From NCBI GenBank assembly GCA_002269645.1, contig NIVC01002395.1, forward strand, positions 114,453 to 178,452: a stretch of DNA of 64,000 nt. Direction: 5' to 3'. The notes beneath the pieces were generated by a model, which saw only the letters and a program-made list of their open reading frames with translations, was not told the DNA's origin and did no database searches. Below are positions 26,854 to 39,850 of this stretch, one piece after another; positions within the stretch are counted from its first letter, which is position 1, and each line of letters begins with the position of its first letter. Origin of the DNA: Macrostomum lignano. Its lineage: Eukaryota. The translations under genes were made by a program, and so were the position numbers.

Positions 26854-27305
26854 TTAACGACGCCGCCTATTGCCGGATCCTTCGTGTGGATTCACGGGCC
26901 ACCAGCGCTTGCTAATGTAGGAATCGGGATAATTATCCCAGGCGCTGGCTGGCAGCTCCAGGGAGGGCCTGCCGTGGCCAACCCTCTTCACCTGGATGTT
27001 GTCAGCGTCATAGTACTTCACGGGCCACCAGCGCTTGCCTCTGCGGGGCAGTTGCAGGTTGTTCAGATGATTTCTTAGAAGTACAAGTCATGTATCATCA
27101 TCAAAACTGAATTTTCCTCACCCAAATCGGCGCACCTCCAGTGGACGGGCGCTACAGATGGCTGCGGCGGCTGTAATTTTAATGGTTCCTTGTAATCCAT
27201 AATTCATAATTCATAAGGGAAACTTTATACCCAACTCAAGAGGATATTCTTGGATCAGTTTTGCTTACCAATCAAAGCAACCAGCAGCACAGTGATCAGC
27301 TTCAT
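26854..27305 (-). CDS. Putative neuropeptide/peptide-hormone precursor, 101 aa; exons 27305-27269, 27170-27122, 27073-26854
   Basis: Hand translation: MKLITVLLVALIAAAAICSARPLEVRRFGNHLNNLQLPRRGKRWWPVKYYDADNIQVKRVGHGRPSLELPASAWDNYPDSYISKRWWPVNPHEGSGNRRRR*. It has a hydrophobic signal peptide, RR/KR sites and GKR. Introns are gtaagc...ttacag (phase 1) and gtgagg...ttctaag (phase 2), both frame-preserving. Confidence 0.85.
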
Positions 27306-27420
27306 CGTCTCAGTCGTTTATGCAGATCAGATATTTTCTCCGTTGCTTTATGGACCAGTGGTGAGTCTATAAGCTGTTTTGCTGCCAGGAATCGCGCACT
27401 GTGAAAGCAACTTCCGCAGA

Positions 27421-27490
27421 GTATTATAATAGGCATCGCCTCCTCATTTGCGGGGGATGGAACAGGTCCAGATGGCTATCAGCCAATCAG
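27421..27490 (-). promoter_or_regulatory. Candidate core promoter of the prohormone gene: TATA-like TATTATAATA (27422-27431) and CCAAT box AGCCAATCAG (27481-27490)
   Basis: Motifs lie ~120 and ~180 bp upstream of the ATG, ~55 bp apart, as in typical CCAAT/TATA promoters. Sequence-only inference. Confidence 0.4.
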
Positions 27491-27524
27491 AGCGGAGACG
27501 GCCGAATGCCAACGTGTAACAGTA

Positions 27525-28010
27525 CTCAGAAATCTCTCCAGATGACCACAGATGCTGGACTGACAGTGCTCAGAAATCTCCCCAGATGACCAAGGATGCT
27601 AAACTGACAGTGCTCAGAAATCTCCCCAGATGACTAAACATGCTGGACTGACAGTGCTCAGAAATCTCTCCAGATGACCAAGGATGCTGGACTGACAGTG
27701 CTCAGAAATCTCTCCAGATGACCAAGGATGCTGGAGTGGCAGTGCTTAGAAAGCTCTCCAGATGACCAAGAATGCTGGACTGACAGTGCTCAGAAAGCTC
27801 TCCAGATGACCAAGGATGCTGGAGTGGCAGTGCTGAGAAATCTCCCCAGATGACCAAGGATGCTGGAGTGGCAGTGCTCAGAAATCTCCCCAGATGACCA
27901 AGGATGCTGGAGTGGCAGTGCTCAGAAATCTCCCCAGATGACCAAGGATGCTGGAGTGGCAGTGCTCAGAAATCTCCCCAGATGACCAAGCATGCTGGAG
28001 TGACTCAGAA
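27525..28010. repeat. 43/44-bp minisatellite (GATGCTGGAGTGGCAGTGCTCAGAAATCTCCCCAGATGACCAAG)n
   Basis: Direct reading. Confidence 0.9.
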
Positions 28011-28853
28011 ATGCCACCCATTACTTCTACCAAAGCTGATGGAATGACAGTGCAGATAATTTTGAGCGCACATTTTTCTGTGGATAAAATTTTGATCATC
28101 AAAACATCCATGTGCTTCAGATAGGCAATGAAAGCCATATAGATAAAGCAGAAAGTAGTGTGACAGGTGAGGTGACACTTGTGATCGCAATTAAAATGCC
28201 CAGAGCCGTATTGCACACCTTGAAATCGAGTACTAGGTAAATGATCTGAAATGAAATTGCAAAACCAGCGCACACTCACCTGCCTCAGGTCTACAAGGTG
28301 ATAACTCATCCCGAACCGTCTCCCCCCATCCCCTACTCAACAACTGGTCGCTGAAGCTATCCGCTACCCACTCAACACTTCGTGCCAATTAGTGGATTTC
28401 CATTAGGTGAGGATGGCCCGACACGAGCAGGCTCAGGGCGATGCTCTAATGCCTTGCGCTTATCCGTGTCAGCCAAACTCCATAGCTACCTATTCCCATG
28501 CGAATTGCGTGCTCAGGGATGTCCGAGCAGCCATCAGGCTGGCTGGCTGGCTCGGCTCTCGCAGTTATTGACAGGATCGCCCGAGAGAAGAGACAGAGAG
28601 AGGGAGAGAGGAGGGGGGGGGGCAGAAAACAGCGGATGCCGTAAAGCCTGCTGCTGTTGCTTGGCGTGTTGACTCGTTGCCAGTCAGTTACTAAACTTGG
28701 GCACTTCATGGGAATTCTACCGGAATCTAGCGGTATCAGATTTCTTGCGCCAACCTCTGCCGCCGTGGGTACGGCGCATATTGTGAAAAGATGCAAGCAA
28801 AGCCTGAGAATCAATACAGGTGAAGGTGCAAGCGCGTCGTCTCCAGGGAGCGG

Positions 28854-29540
<687 letters not shown>

Positions 29541-30485
29541 AACAGATGACAGAACAGGCTATATTGAGCGAATTGTTATCAGTCTTTAATAAAAGCACTC
29601 GAAACGGAGAGAATTCTGAGGGGAATTTCAAAAGCCTGCATTTAGCCGCTCCTCACGCCACCCCAGTCGTCGCCTGAGTTGGCTTTCAACTCTGCCAATA
29701 ACCCTCTTAAGCCCATCCGGAACGCTGATTAGAACAAAAAAAATCCGGATTTTATTGAGGCTCGCCAAAAACATAGGCGCCAATATGAAACAAAAGCAAC
29801 ACGCGCGGTTCCGCTTTCAGCAACAGGCTCTCAAGAGAATTCGGAACGATTAGAAACCGCCCGCCCTAGCACTAATAGCCTATATAGCACTTGGGACACC
29901 CTAATGCGTAGAGAACTCTCCCCGGCTAGAGCAGACATCGATTCGAGTGGATTCAGCCTGCCCAGCAGCTACTGCCTGCAGGGAATTGATAATTGACAGG
30001 TCACACTATCGCCTCCCACTCCAGCGCAGCTTTACACGTCAAATACTCGAGTTATAGCATGCAGGCGATTTGATAATTAGCTATAGAAATCTAGCCTAGA
30101 AGCGCCGGTTGTCACAAGCCAAATAGCAAATGGAGCCAGTCAGTCATACAGCACTACACTATATTATTTAAATACTACACAGGCAAAAGAAGACCCGCTG
30201 TCATCTCTGTGCCCCCCTGCCCTGCTGATTTTCGAGTCTCTGTCTTATTTAGTGCGACCAGGGCCGCATGCATCAGCAGAGTGTGCTATCAATAATTGAT
30301 AACCCCCCCCGTCAGGCCTCCGCTTCTCTAGGCAAAGAATCTCTCTCTTAGTACAAGAAGACAAGAATATGGAGGGAGAAAGAGAAAGCAGCAAGTTGGG
30401 TGAAAACTCGAATCGGGGGGGGGAATCCATAATAACCCGTTAAGATGCACGGGTCACAGAGAATGCTTCGAACAGCCTATCTTAA

Positions 30486-31096
30486 CAGTAGAAAGACCCC
30501 GACTACGTGGACCTACGTGGACTAGCTAGTCGGGGCCGCGTGATGGCACTCCGTTGAAGGTCCCGAACGTCGCTTGTATGTCTACAGGTCAACCTAGAGG
30601 GTCGCCGTCGTCCATTTCATTCACCGATTATGTCTACTGACTGAATGCTGTATGCAGAAGAGGATTCTTCCATTTCAGTTTTGGGAACGCAGCCGTCTCT
30701 GCGATGCCGATCGGGTGCTTTTGTTGAAGGTCCTGACGGTCGCCGCCGATGCTCCAGACGGTGATGAAGGGGACCCTAGTTCCTGGGATGCTGAGAACAA
30801 AGGCCTTTACGACTGATATGCATAGTTTCCTGAGCCGACGTGGTTTCCTGATGAGATTTTGTGAACAGAAAAAATTTGCCAATGTTGGTGGTTTTTGCCA
30901 CCGGACACCCCGAGGAGAATCGTTGAAAATCTCGACGATTTCGATTTTTCGTGATTCTCGGAGTTGCTTCATCGAATAGAGCGGAAAATTTTAGCCCGTG
31001 TTCTGGATTTTGATGGCAATTGGTTGAATATTTTCGGAGATCCAGACAAAAGAAAAATGTGTGTATTTGAAATACACCCCTATGGTCTTTCTACTG
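30486..31096. mobile_element. 611-bp non-autonomous DNA element (MITE) with 13-bp TIRs, flanked by TTAA
   Basis: TTAA|CAGTAGAAAGACC ... GGTCTTTCTACTG|TTAA; no credible ORF. Confidence 0.75.
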
Positions 31097-31439
31097 TTAA
31101 TAAATATCTAAATTACATTTTAACATTTTGGTCCAATTCGGAGTAGACAAAGATCGACCAAAAAATTGTCAGTCAATCAGCAGTCATTCGGTTAAAATTG
31201 AAGTACAAACTGGTCTAACGTGTTAAGTGATTTATTTTGTTTATTTACGAGTATAATTGTTGTTTCGTTGATCGGCAAAGTTGGTCATGGAAGTATTTGG
31301 AACGAGTTGAAAATTTGTTAGAACAATGCTCGCAACTGGGGATTACATTAAAGCACAGAAATTGAAGCGATATGATTTTATGTGCTTTCAATTACGATGG
31401 AGCCGATTGAGAGTGGAAATAATTATCGCTAGGGAATCT

Positions 31440-32070
31440 AGAGATGGAGTCCTAGGGATGGGGTCTTGGGATGAGCATTTGGGATAGGGATCTTGGCATT
31501 AGATTCGAGGATGGGATCATGAGATGGGGATCTTGGGATAGGGATTTTGGGATGGGGATCTTGAAATGGGGATTTTAGGATGGAAATCTTGGGATGGGGT
31601 CTTGGGATGAGATTCAAAGATTGGGGTCTTGGGGTGAGATTCAAAGATTGGGGTCTTGGGTGAGATTCAAAGATTGGGGTCTTGGGTAAGATTCAAAGAT
31701 GGGGATCTTGGAATGATCTTAGGATGGGGATTTTGGGATGGGGATATTAGGATGGGGATTTTGGTATGAGGATCTTAGGTTGGGGATTATGGGATGAGGA
31801 TCTTAGAATGGCGATTTTGGGATGGGGATTTTGGGATGGGGATTTTGGGATGGAAATCTTGGGATGGGGATTTTGGGATGGGGATCATAGGATGGGGATT
31901 TTGGGATTGGGGATCTTGGGATGGGGTCTTGGGATGAGATTCAAAGATAGGGGTCTTGAGATGAGATTCAATGATGGGGATCTTAGGATGGGAATTTTGG
32001 GATGAGGTCTTGGGAAGAGATTCAAAGATGGGGATCTTCATATGGGATATGAGATGAGATGGTGTGATGA
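31440..32070. repeat. GGGATGGGGA(T)TTT low-complexity G-rich repeat
   Basis: Direct reading. Confidence 0.85.
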
Positions 32071-32699
32071 GACTAAGGAATGTAACCTAGCAATTGGGAT
32101 AAAGATCTAGGGATGATGTTTAAACATGGGGATTGAGGCTAGCTCTAGGGTTGAGATGAAGATATTGAGAATGTTTTCATGGCTGCATAAATAAAGCTAC
32201 ATACTCGTACAATATTGGAAGACAATGATTAGCAAAAATGTTAAACAAATATTAACTAAAGAGACAGCTGCAAAAAACGTATTTAACTTGTGCCAGACAG
32301 AAATTTGTCGCTCACTGAAAGCAAAACAGTAGAAGAACTACTACAAATGGCTCGGCACTTAGTAGCCTACTGAATTATAGATGAGTTTGTGACCGCAAAC
32401 ACAGGGCACACGCGAATACATCACATTTTGTTGGCACTCAGTTGGCAGATACAGTGCAATAAGTATCAAGGTGTGGTTTAACCGTAAAATTATCTTTTTA
32501 AACAATTAGTGCAAAAGCAGTGGGCGTTACTAACAGTAGAGTGAAACGGGCGATCTAGTAAAATTTGATCAAGCAAATAATTATTTAAGCACGAAAGGCT
32601 CACGGAGCCTGAGGATTAAGATTATTATGGATTGATTTAAGTAGCATTCTTCAACCATTCAGGATTTGATAAGATTAGTAAAGAACCTAAATGGTTCAT

Positions 32700-33875
32700 G
32701 ACAAGTCTGAATGATTCATGACGAGTTTGAATGATTTATGACCAGCCTGAATGATTCATGACCAGCCTGAATGATTCATGACGAGCCTGAATGATTCATG
32801 ACGAGTTTGAATGATTTATGACCAGCCTGAATGATTCATGACCAGCCTGAATGATTCATGACGAGCCTGAATGATTTATGACGAGCCTAAATGATTTATG
32901 GCCAGCCTGAATGATTTATGACCAGCCTGAATGATTTATGGCCAGCCTGAATGATTCATGACCAGCCTGAATGATTCAGGACGAGTCTGAATGATTTATG
33001 ACCAGCCTGAATGATTCAGGACGAGTCTGAATGATTTATGACCAGCCTGAATGATTCATGACGAGCCTGAATGATTTATGGCCAGCCTGAATGATTCATG
33101 ACCAGCCTGAATGATTCATGACCAGCCTGAATGATTCAGGACGAGTCTGAATGATTTATGACCAGCCTGAATGATTCAGGACGAGTCTGAATGATTCATG
33201 ACCAGCCTGAATGATTCATGACGAGCCTGAATGATTTATGACCAGCCTGAATGATTCATGACCAGCCTGAATGATTCAGGACGAGCCTGAATGATTTATG
33301 GCCAGCCTGAATGATTCATGACGAATCTGAATGACTCATGACGAGTCTGAATGATTCATGACGAGCCTAAATGATTTATGACGAGCCTGAATGATTTATG
33401 GCCAGCCTGAATGATTCATGACGAGCCTGAATGATTCATGGCCAGCCTGAATGATTTATGACGAGCCTGAATGATTTATGACGAGCCTGAATGATTCATG
33501 ACGAGCCTGAATGATTCATGACGAGCCTGAATGATTCATGACGAGCCTGAATGATTCATGACGAGCCTGAATGATTCATGACGAGCCTGAATGATTCATG
33601 GCCAGCCTGAATGATTTATGACGAGCCTGAATGATTTATGACGAGCCTGAATGATTCATGACGAGCCTGAATGATTCAGGACGAGCCTGAATGATTCATG
33701 GCCAGCCTGAATGATTCATGACGAGCCTGAATGATTCATGACGAGCCTGAATGATTCATGACGAGCCTGAATGATTCATGACGAGCCTGAATGATTCATG
33801 ACGAGCCTGAATGATTTATGGCCAGCCTGAATGATTCATGACGAGCCTGAATGATTCATGACGAGCCTGAATGAT
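32700..33875. repeat. 20-bp minisatellite (ACGAGCCTGAATGATTCATG)n
   Basis: About 58 units. Confidence 0.95.
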
Positions 33876-34062
33876 ATTGTAGATTTGGTAGGCTTGGATT
33901 CATAGACGCTGAAGCACTTAAGGCTTTTGTCTTGTAACTGTGTACTGGATCAATGTTAGACATAATTATAGAACAGAAGATATCAATAGCAAACGAATTG
34001 GTGCTTTATATTCATCAATCATCAATTATCAATACGGCCACTGATTGCAATCAATGGGAAAA

Positions 34063-34421
34063 TTATCCCACACCAGTGGAGCGCCGATTAACAATGCCGA
34101 ACACGGTCTCCCAGTCAAACTCTTCGTAAGTTTGAGTTTCCATCTCGCAGCCGGCAAAGCCGCTGCCGAATGCGTCGTTAGTTTGAGTCTCCATGTCGAG
34201 CAGCTGCTCAAGCGGATCTGGGCCAGCCTGAATGCCCAGAGTGATGGGCGGTGAGGCGCCGGAGCCAACGCAGACGCCTTGAGTTATGCCGGAATTGTTG
34301 GAATGAGACGATTGAGTCGCCTGCTGTTGCTGCTGCTGCTGCTGATAAGAGTACTGGACCCCAACAGAGTAACCATCCGTAGCAATAGGAGAAGTGTACT
34401 CTGTCTGAGTATGCATAGTGC

Positions 34422-34452
<31 letters not shown>

Positions 34453-36394
34453 ATTGGAATCTTGAAATGACACAACAGCAAAATTGGAACAGCTGGAGCC
34501 CCGGAAGCTGGCATGATCGTGCACCATCACTGGGCCAGTGTGATGATGCGCCCTGTACAGCATTGGCTGCTGCTGGCTGTACAGGTAAGACGGCGGGTGA
34601 AACTCATTAGTCAGGGCCGAGTCTGTCTGGCAGGCTCGGGTCTCAGTTGGCAGCGGCCGGGGCACCAGCGGCCGGTAACGGCTTGTTGGGCCCGATGCAT
34701 TGTTAGCATTAGCGCTGGCGTTAGCGCTGCTGGCAGCCGTAGCTTTAGCCGCGGCGGCGGCCGCATCAGCTGAGACGGACATCACCGAGGCTGAGGGAGC
34801 GCCGCCGCCAAGGCCGGTGAGCACAATCACCAGGTTCATTGGCTTTGGCGACTCACTGACGGCCGGAGCACTGGCGAGCGACGCGCTGACGTCGCCACCG
34901 AAGCCGCTGGCTGCGGCGGGACTCTGGACAACTCGATCGTCCAGATCAACGTCTTCGGCGTTGCCAGTCCGCCGCTGTTCATTCTTCAGTCCACGGCACT
35001 GCGGCCTGCGTCGTTGGCGCTGATTGAAGATGCTGTTAGCGCCGTGGCCAGTCTTCTTGAAGTGGCTGCGCAAGTTTTTCAAATCCCGATAGAACCGGGA
35101 GCACTCTTCGCAATTGAAGAATCTGCCGCAGTCGCGCAGGTGAAGGCCGAGCAGAGAGTCGGTTGGGAAGCGGCGGGAACAGTAGCGGCACTGGGATTTT
35201 TTCTCCACGTGCTTCCAGCTATAGTGCTGCAGGATTGAGCGTTTGGAAATTGTTTAAGGGATTTCCTGCTGACACTGCTAGGAGGATTCCCTGCTGACAC
35301 TGCTAGGAGGATTCCCTGCTGACACTGCTAGGGGGATTCCCGGCTGACACTGCTACGCGGATTCCCTGCTGACACTGCTAGGGGGATTCCCGGCTGACAC
35401 CGCTACGCCGATTCCCGGCTGACACTGCTAGGGGGATTCCCTGCTGACGCTGCTAGGGGGATTCCCGGCTGACACTGCTAGGAGGATTCCCTGCTGACAC
35501 TGCTAGGGGGATTCCCGGCTGACACTGCTAGGAGGATTCCCTGCTGACACTGCTAGGGGGATTCCCGGCTGACACTGCTACGCGGATTCCCTGCTGACAC
35601 TGCTAGGGGGATTCCCGGCTGACACTGCTAGGAGGATTCCCTGCTGACACTGCTAGGGGGATTCCCGGCTGACACTGCTACGCGGATTCCCTGCTGACAC
35701 TGCTAGGGGGATTCCCGGCTGACACCGCTACGCCGATTCCCTGCTAACACTGCTAGGGGGATTCCCTGCTGACACTGCTAGGGGGATTCCCGGCTGACAC
35801 TGCTAGGAGGATTCCCTGCTGACACTGCTAGGGGGATTCCCGGCTGACACTGCTGGGGGGATTCCCTGCTGATACTGTTGAGTTGAGGATTTTCTCCTGA
35901 CACTGCTAGGGTGCTAGGGGGATTCCCTGCTGACACCGTTGGGGTGGGGATTACCAGATGAAACTGCTAAGGGGGATTTCCAGCTGACACTGCAGGGAAT
36001 TCCCTGCTGACACTGCCGTGGAGATTCTGTAACTCATCTCACACTAAGCCGAAAATAAAAAACATCTAACCTGTTTAACTCTAGACAGAGTTGTAAAAAA
36101 CTCTCCCCGCAACTCGCTATACGGACAGTTGATCTCCGGACAATGGTAGCGCTTGATTTCCGGAGCCGCTGACACGGCCGCGGCCAGAGCGGCGCTCGGA
36201 TCAGAGCAGCGGTGAGTCTTGACCATGTGGAAGCGCAGATTGCTAGTGGAACGGAATGGCAAATTGCACAGAGTGCATACTAGCGGAAATTCCGGACAGC
36301 TGAACTCTCTAATGAGCTCGGCTTTTGTTGGAGTGATTTTCAGTACAGCCGGCTGCTGCCGCTGTTGATCACCATCCCCCTGGCCGGGAAGCAT
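34063..36394 (-). CDS. ATMIN: ATMIN/ASCIZ zinc-finger transcription factor (~495 aa); exons 36394-36071 and 35226-34063
   Basis: Four N-terminal Zn fingers (CTLC...HMVKTH; CPEINC...RVKQ|HYSWKH; CRYC...HLRDC; CEEC...HFKKTGH) and C-terminal LC8-binding TQT-type motifs (ACQTD, HTQTE, METQTN, METQTY). Phase-0 intron CAG|gttaga...ctgcag|CAC. Confidence 0.9.
35265..36015. repeat. 25-bp minisatellite filling the ATMIN intron
   Basis: (GCTAGGRGGATTCCCKGCTGACACT)n. Confidence 0.92.
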
Positions 36395-36463
36395 GCTAGT
36401 CAGCGTCTGTTAACTCGCTGCACAGTTGGCAACTTCATGCAATAACAGAAATTTAAAGCAGCC

Positions 36464-37975
36464 TGCACTGGGGTGTTTTATGGGTGGGGTTGCGTCGGGA
36501 GCAGTGTGCACTGGGGTGTTTTATGAGTGGGGTTGTGTCGGAAGCAGTGTACACTGGGGTGTTTTATGGCTGGGGTTGCGTCGGGAGCAGTGTGCACTGG
36601 GGTGTTTTATGAGTGGGGTTGTGTCGGGAGCAGTGTACACTGGGGTGTTTTATGGCTGGGGTTGCGTCGGGAGCAGTGTACACTGGGGTGTTTTATGGGT
36701 GGGGTTGCGTCGGGAGCAGTGTGCACTGGGGTGTTTTATGGATGGGGTTGCGTCGGGAGCAGTGTGCACTGGTGTGTTTTATGGTTGTGGTTGCGTCGGG
36801 AGCAGTGTGCACTGGTGTGTTTTATGGGTGGGGTTGCGTCGGGAGCAGTGTGCACTGGTGTGTTTTATGGCTGGGGTTGTGTCGGGAGCAGTGTACACTG
36901 GGGTGTTTTATAGCTGGGGTTGCGTCGGGAGCAGTGTACACTGGGGTGTTTTATGGGTGGGGTTGTGTCGGGAGCAGTGTGCACTGGGGTGTTTTATGGG
37001 TGGGGTTGCGTTGGGAGCAGTGTACACTGGGGTGTTTTATGGGTGGAGTTGCGTCGGGAGCAGTGTACACTGGGGTGTTTTATGGATGGGGTTGTGTCGG
37101 GAGCAGTGTACACTGGGGTGTTTTATGGGTGGGGTTGCGTCGGGAGCAGTGTACACTGGGGTGTTTTATGGATGGGGTTGTGTCGGGAGCAGTGTACACT
37201 GGGGTGTTTTATGGGTGGGGTTGTGTCGGGAGCAGTGTGCACTGGGGTGTTTTATGGGTGGGGTTGCGTCGGGAGCAGTGTACACTGGGCTGTTTTATGG
37301 GTGGGGTTGCGTCGGGAGCAGTGTGCACTGGGGTGTTTTATGGGTGGGGTTGTGTCGGGAGCAGTGTGCACTGGGGTGTTTTATGGGTGGGGTTGCGTTG
37401 GGAGCAGTGTACACTGGGGTGTTTTATGGGTGGGGTTGCGTAGGGAGCAGTGTACACTGGGGTGTTTTATGGATGGGGTTGTGTCGGGAGCAGTGTACAC
37501 TGGGGTGTTTTATGGGTGGGGTTGCGTCGGGAGCAGTGTACACTGGGGTGTTTTATGGGTGGGGTTGTGTCGGGAGCAGTGTACACTGGGGTGTTTTATG
37601 GGTGGGGTTGCGTCGGGAGCAGTGTACACTGGGGTGTTTTATGGGTGGGGTTGCGTCGGGAGCACTGTACACTGGGTGTTTTATGGGTGGGGTTGCGTCG
37701 GGAGCAGTGTACACTGGGGTGTTTTATGGCTGGGGTTGTGTCGGGAGCAGTGTGCACTGGGGTGTTTTATGGGTGGGGTTGCGTCGGGAGCACTGTACAC
37801 TGGGGTGTTTTATGGGTGGAGTTGCGTCGGGAGCACTGTACACTGGGGTGTTTTATGGGTGGAGTTGCGTCGGGAGCAGTGTACACTGGGTGTTTTATGG
37901 GTGGGGTTGTGTCGGGAGCACTGTACACTGGGGTGTTTTATGGGTGGGGTTGCGTCGGGAGCAGTGTACACTGGT
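36464..37975. repeat. 43-bp G-rich minisatellite, array 1
   Basis: (CTGGGGTGTTTTATGGGTGGGGTTGYGTCGGGAGCAGTGTRCA)n. Confidence 0.95.
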
Positions 37976-38811
37976 GTGTTTGTGGAATAAGCTTTTGTTA
38001 ATTTAATATAGAATAAATTTAATACTTGGTGTCTATAAATTTCTAGTGTTTTGAATTCCTCAGTAACGAAACAATAATCACCTAAACGAAGTGTTGCGCT
38101 GAAACTGGCAAGGATGCAACATGAAACTTACGCGAGAAGGAGAGTAAAGCATACAAACTAAAACGAAATATTACCATAAACTTGAACTAAAACACTATTA
38201 AAAATTAGGACGACAAAAAGCAAAACAATTAATCGATTTAATGAACTCGCCAGTTTATTGCGATTAATATTAACTTAAATTCGAATAATAATAATGAAAC
38301 AGTAGTGATAAAGATAATAGTAATAGTAATGATAATATGAATAATAGGCTCACCTCACACTCGAACAGTTATACTAACAGTGAAATCTGCTGCTGCTTAT
38401 TTAATAGTATCCATAATTTTGCTTCTGTTCTGCCGATAATAATACACTACATAAAAACAACTGACGCACAAGCATGGCTTTGCGCAGATACACAACAATT
38501 AGCGATAAAAACTACTGGAATGAACTTAAACAGTTTGCATTATATGCCCACAGCAATGCTTAAACAAGAAAACAGGAGTACACAGAAAGGCCACTAGCAA
38601 GCTTTAACAGGGAAATTGAAAACCTGAAAAACTGGCTGAATAACTTTTCTATCTTTGACCGCACTTTAACTTTTTATTGGCACCAATTCGAAGGACAAAT
38701 AGCAAAACAGTAGCAATCAAAATTAAAAAATTAAGCGTCAAATATATTCTATTATAATTCCTTCAGTAAAAAATGAACCTGCTCGCATCAAATGGAAGCA
38801 TTTTTATGTGT

Positions 38812-39850
38812 TACACTGGGGTGTTTTATGGGTGGGGTTGTGTCGGGAGCAGTGTACACTGGGGTGTTTCATGGGTGGGGTTGTATCGGGAGCAGTGTAC
38901 ACTGGGGTGTTTCATGGGTGGGGTTGTGTCGGGAGCAGTGTACACTGGGGTGTTTCATGGGTGGGGTTGTGTCGGGAGCAGTGTACACTGGGGTGTTTTA
39001 TGGGTGGGGTTGTGTCGGGAGCAGTGTACACTGGGGTGTTTTATGGGTGGGGTTGTGTCGGGAGCAGTGTGCACTGGGGTGTTTTATGGCTGGGGTTGTG
39101 TCGGGAGCAGTGTACACTGGGGTGTTTTTTGGGTGGGGTTGTGTCGGGAGCAGTGGGTGGGGTTGTGTCGGGAGCAGTGTGCACTGGGGTGTTTTATGGC
39201 TGGGGTTGTGTCGGGAGCAGTGTACACTGGGGTGTTTTTTGGGTGGGGTTGTGTCGGGATCAGTGTACACTGGGGTGTTTTATGGGTGGGGTTGTGTCGG
39301 GAGCAGTGGGTGGGGTTGTGTCGGGAGCAGTGTACACTGGGGTGTTTTATGGGTGGGGTTGTGTCGGGATCAGTGTACACTGGGGTGTTTTTTGGGTGGG
39401 GTTGTGTCGGGATCAGTGTACACTGGGGTGTTTTTTGGATGGGGTTGTGTCGGGAGCAGTGGGTGGGGTTGTGTCGGGAGCAGTGTGCACTGGGGTGTTT
39501 TATGGCTGGGGTTGTGTCGGGAGCAGTGGGTGGGGTTGTGTCGGGAGCAGTGTGCACTGGGGTGTTTTATGGCTGGGGTTGTGTCGGGAGCAGTGTACAC
39601 TGGGGTGTTTTATGGGTGGGGTTGTGTCGGGATCAGTGTACACTTGGGTGTTTTATGGGTGGGGTTGTGTCGGGAGCAGTGGGTGGGGTTGTGTCGGGAG
39701 CAGGGGGTGGGGTTGTGTCGGGAGCAGTGTACACTGGGGTGTTTTATGGGTGGGGTTGTGTCGGGAGCAGTGTACACTGGGGTGTTTTATGGGTGGGGTT
39801 GTGTCGGGAGCAGTGGGTGGGGTTGTGTGGGGAGGAGTGTGCACTGGGGA
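38812..39850. repeat. 43-bp G-rich minisatellite, array 2, with deletion-variant units
   Basis: Same unit as array 1, separated by an ~830-bp AT-rich spacer. Confidence 0.93.

Noticed and set aside
32700-33875. About 58 TGATTCA/TGATTTA AP-1-like sites in the 20-bp array as an enhancer
   Set aside because: Non-consensus sites and no evidence beyond motif resemblance.
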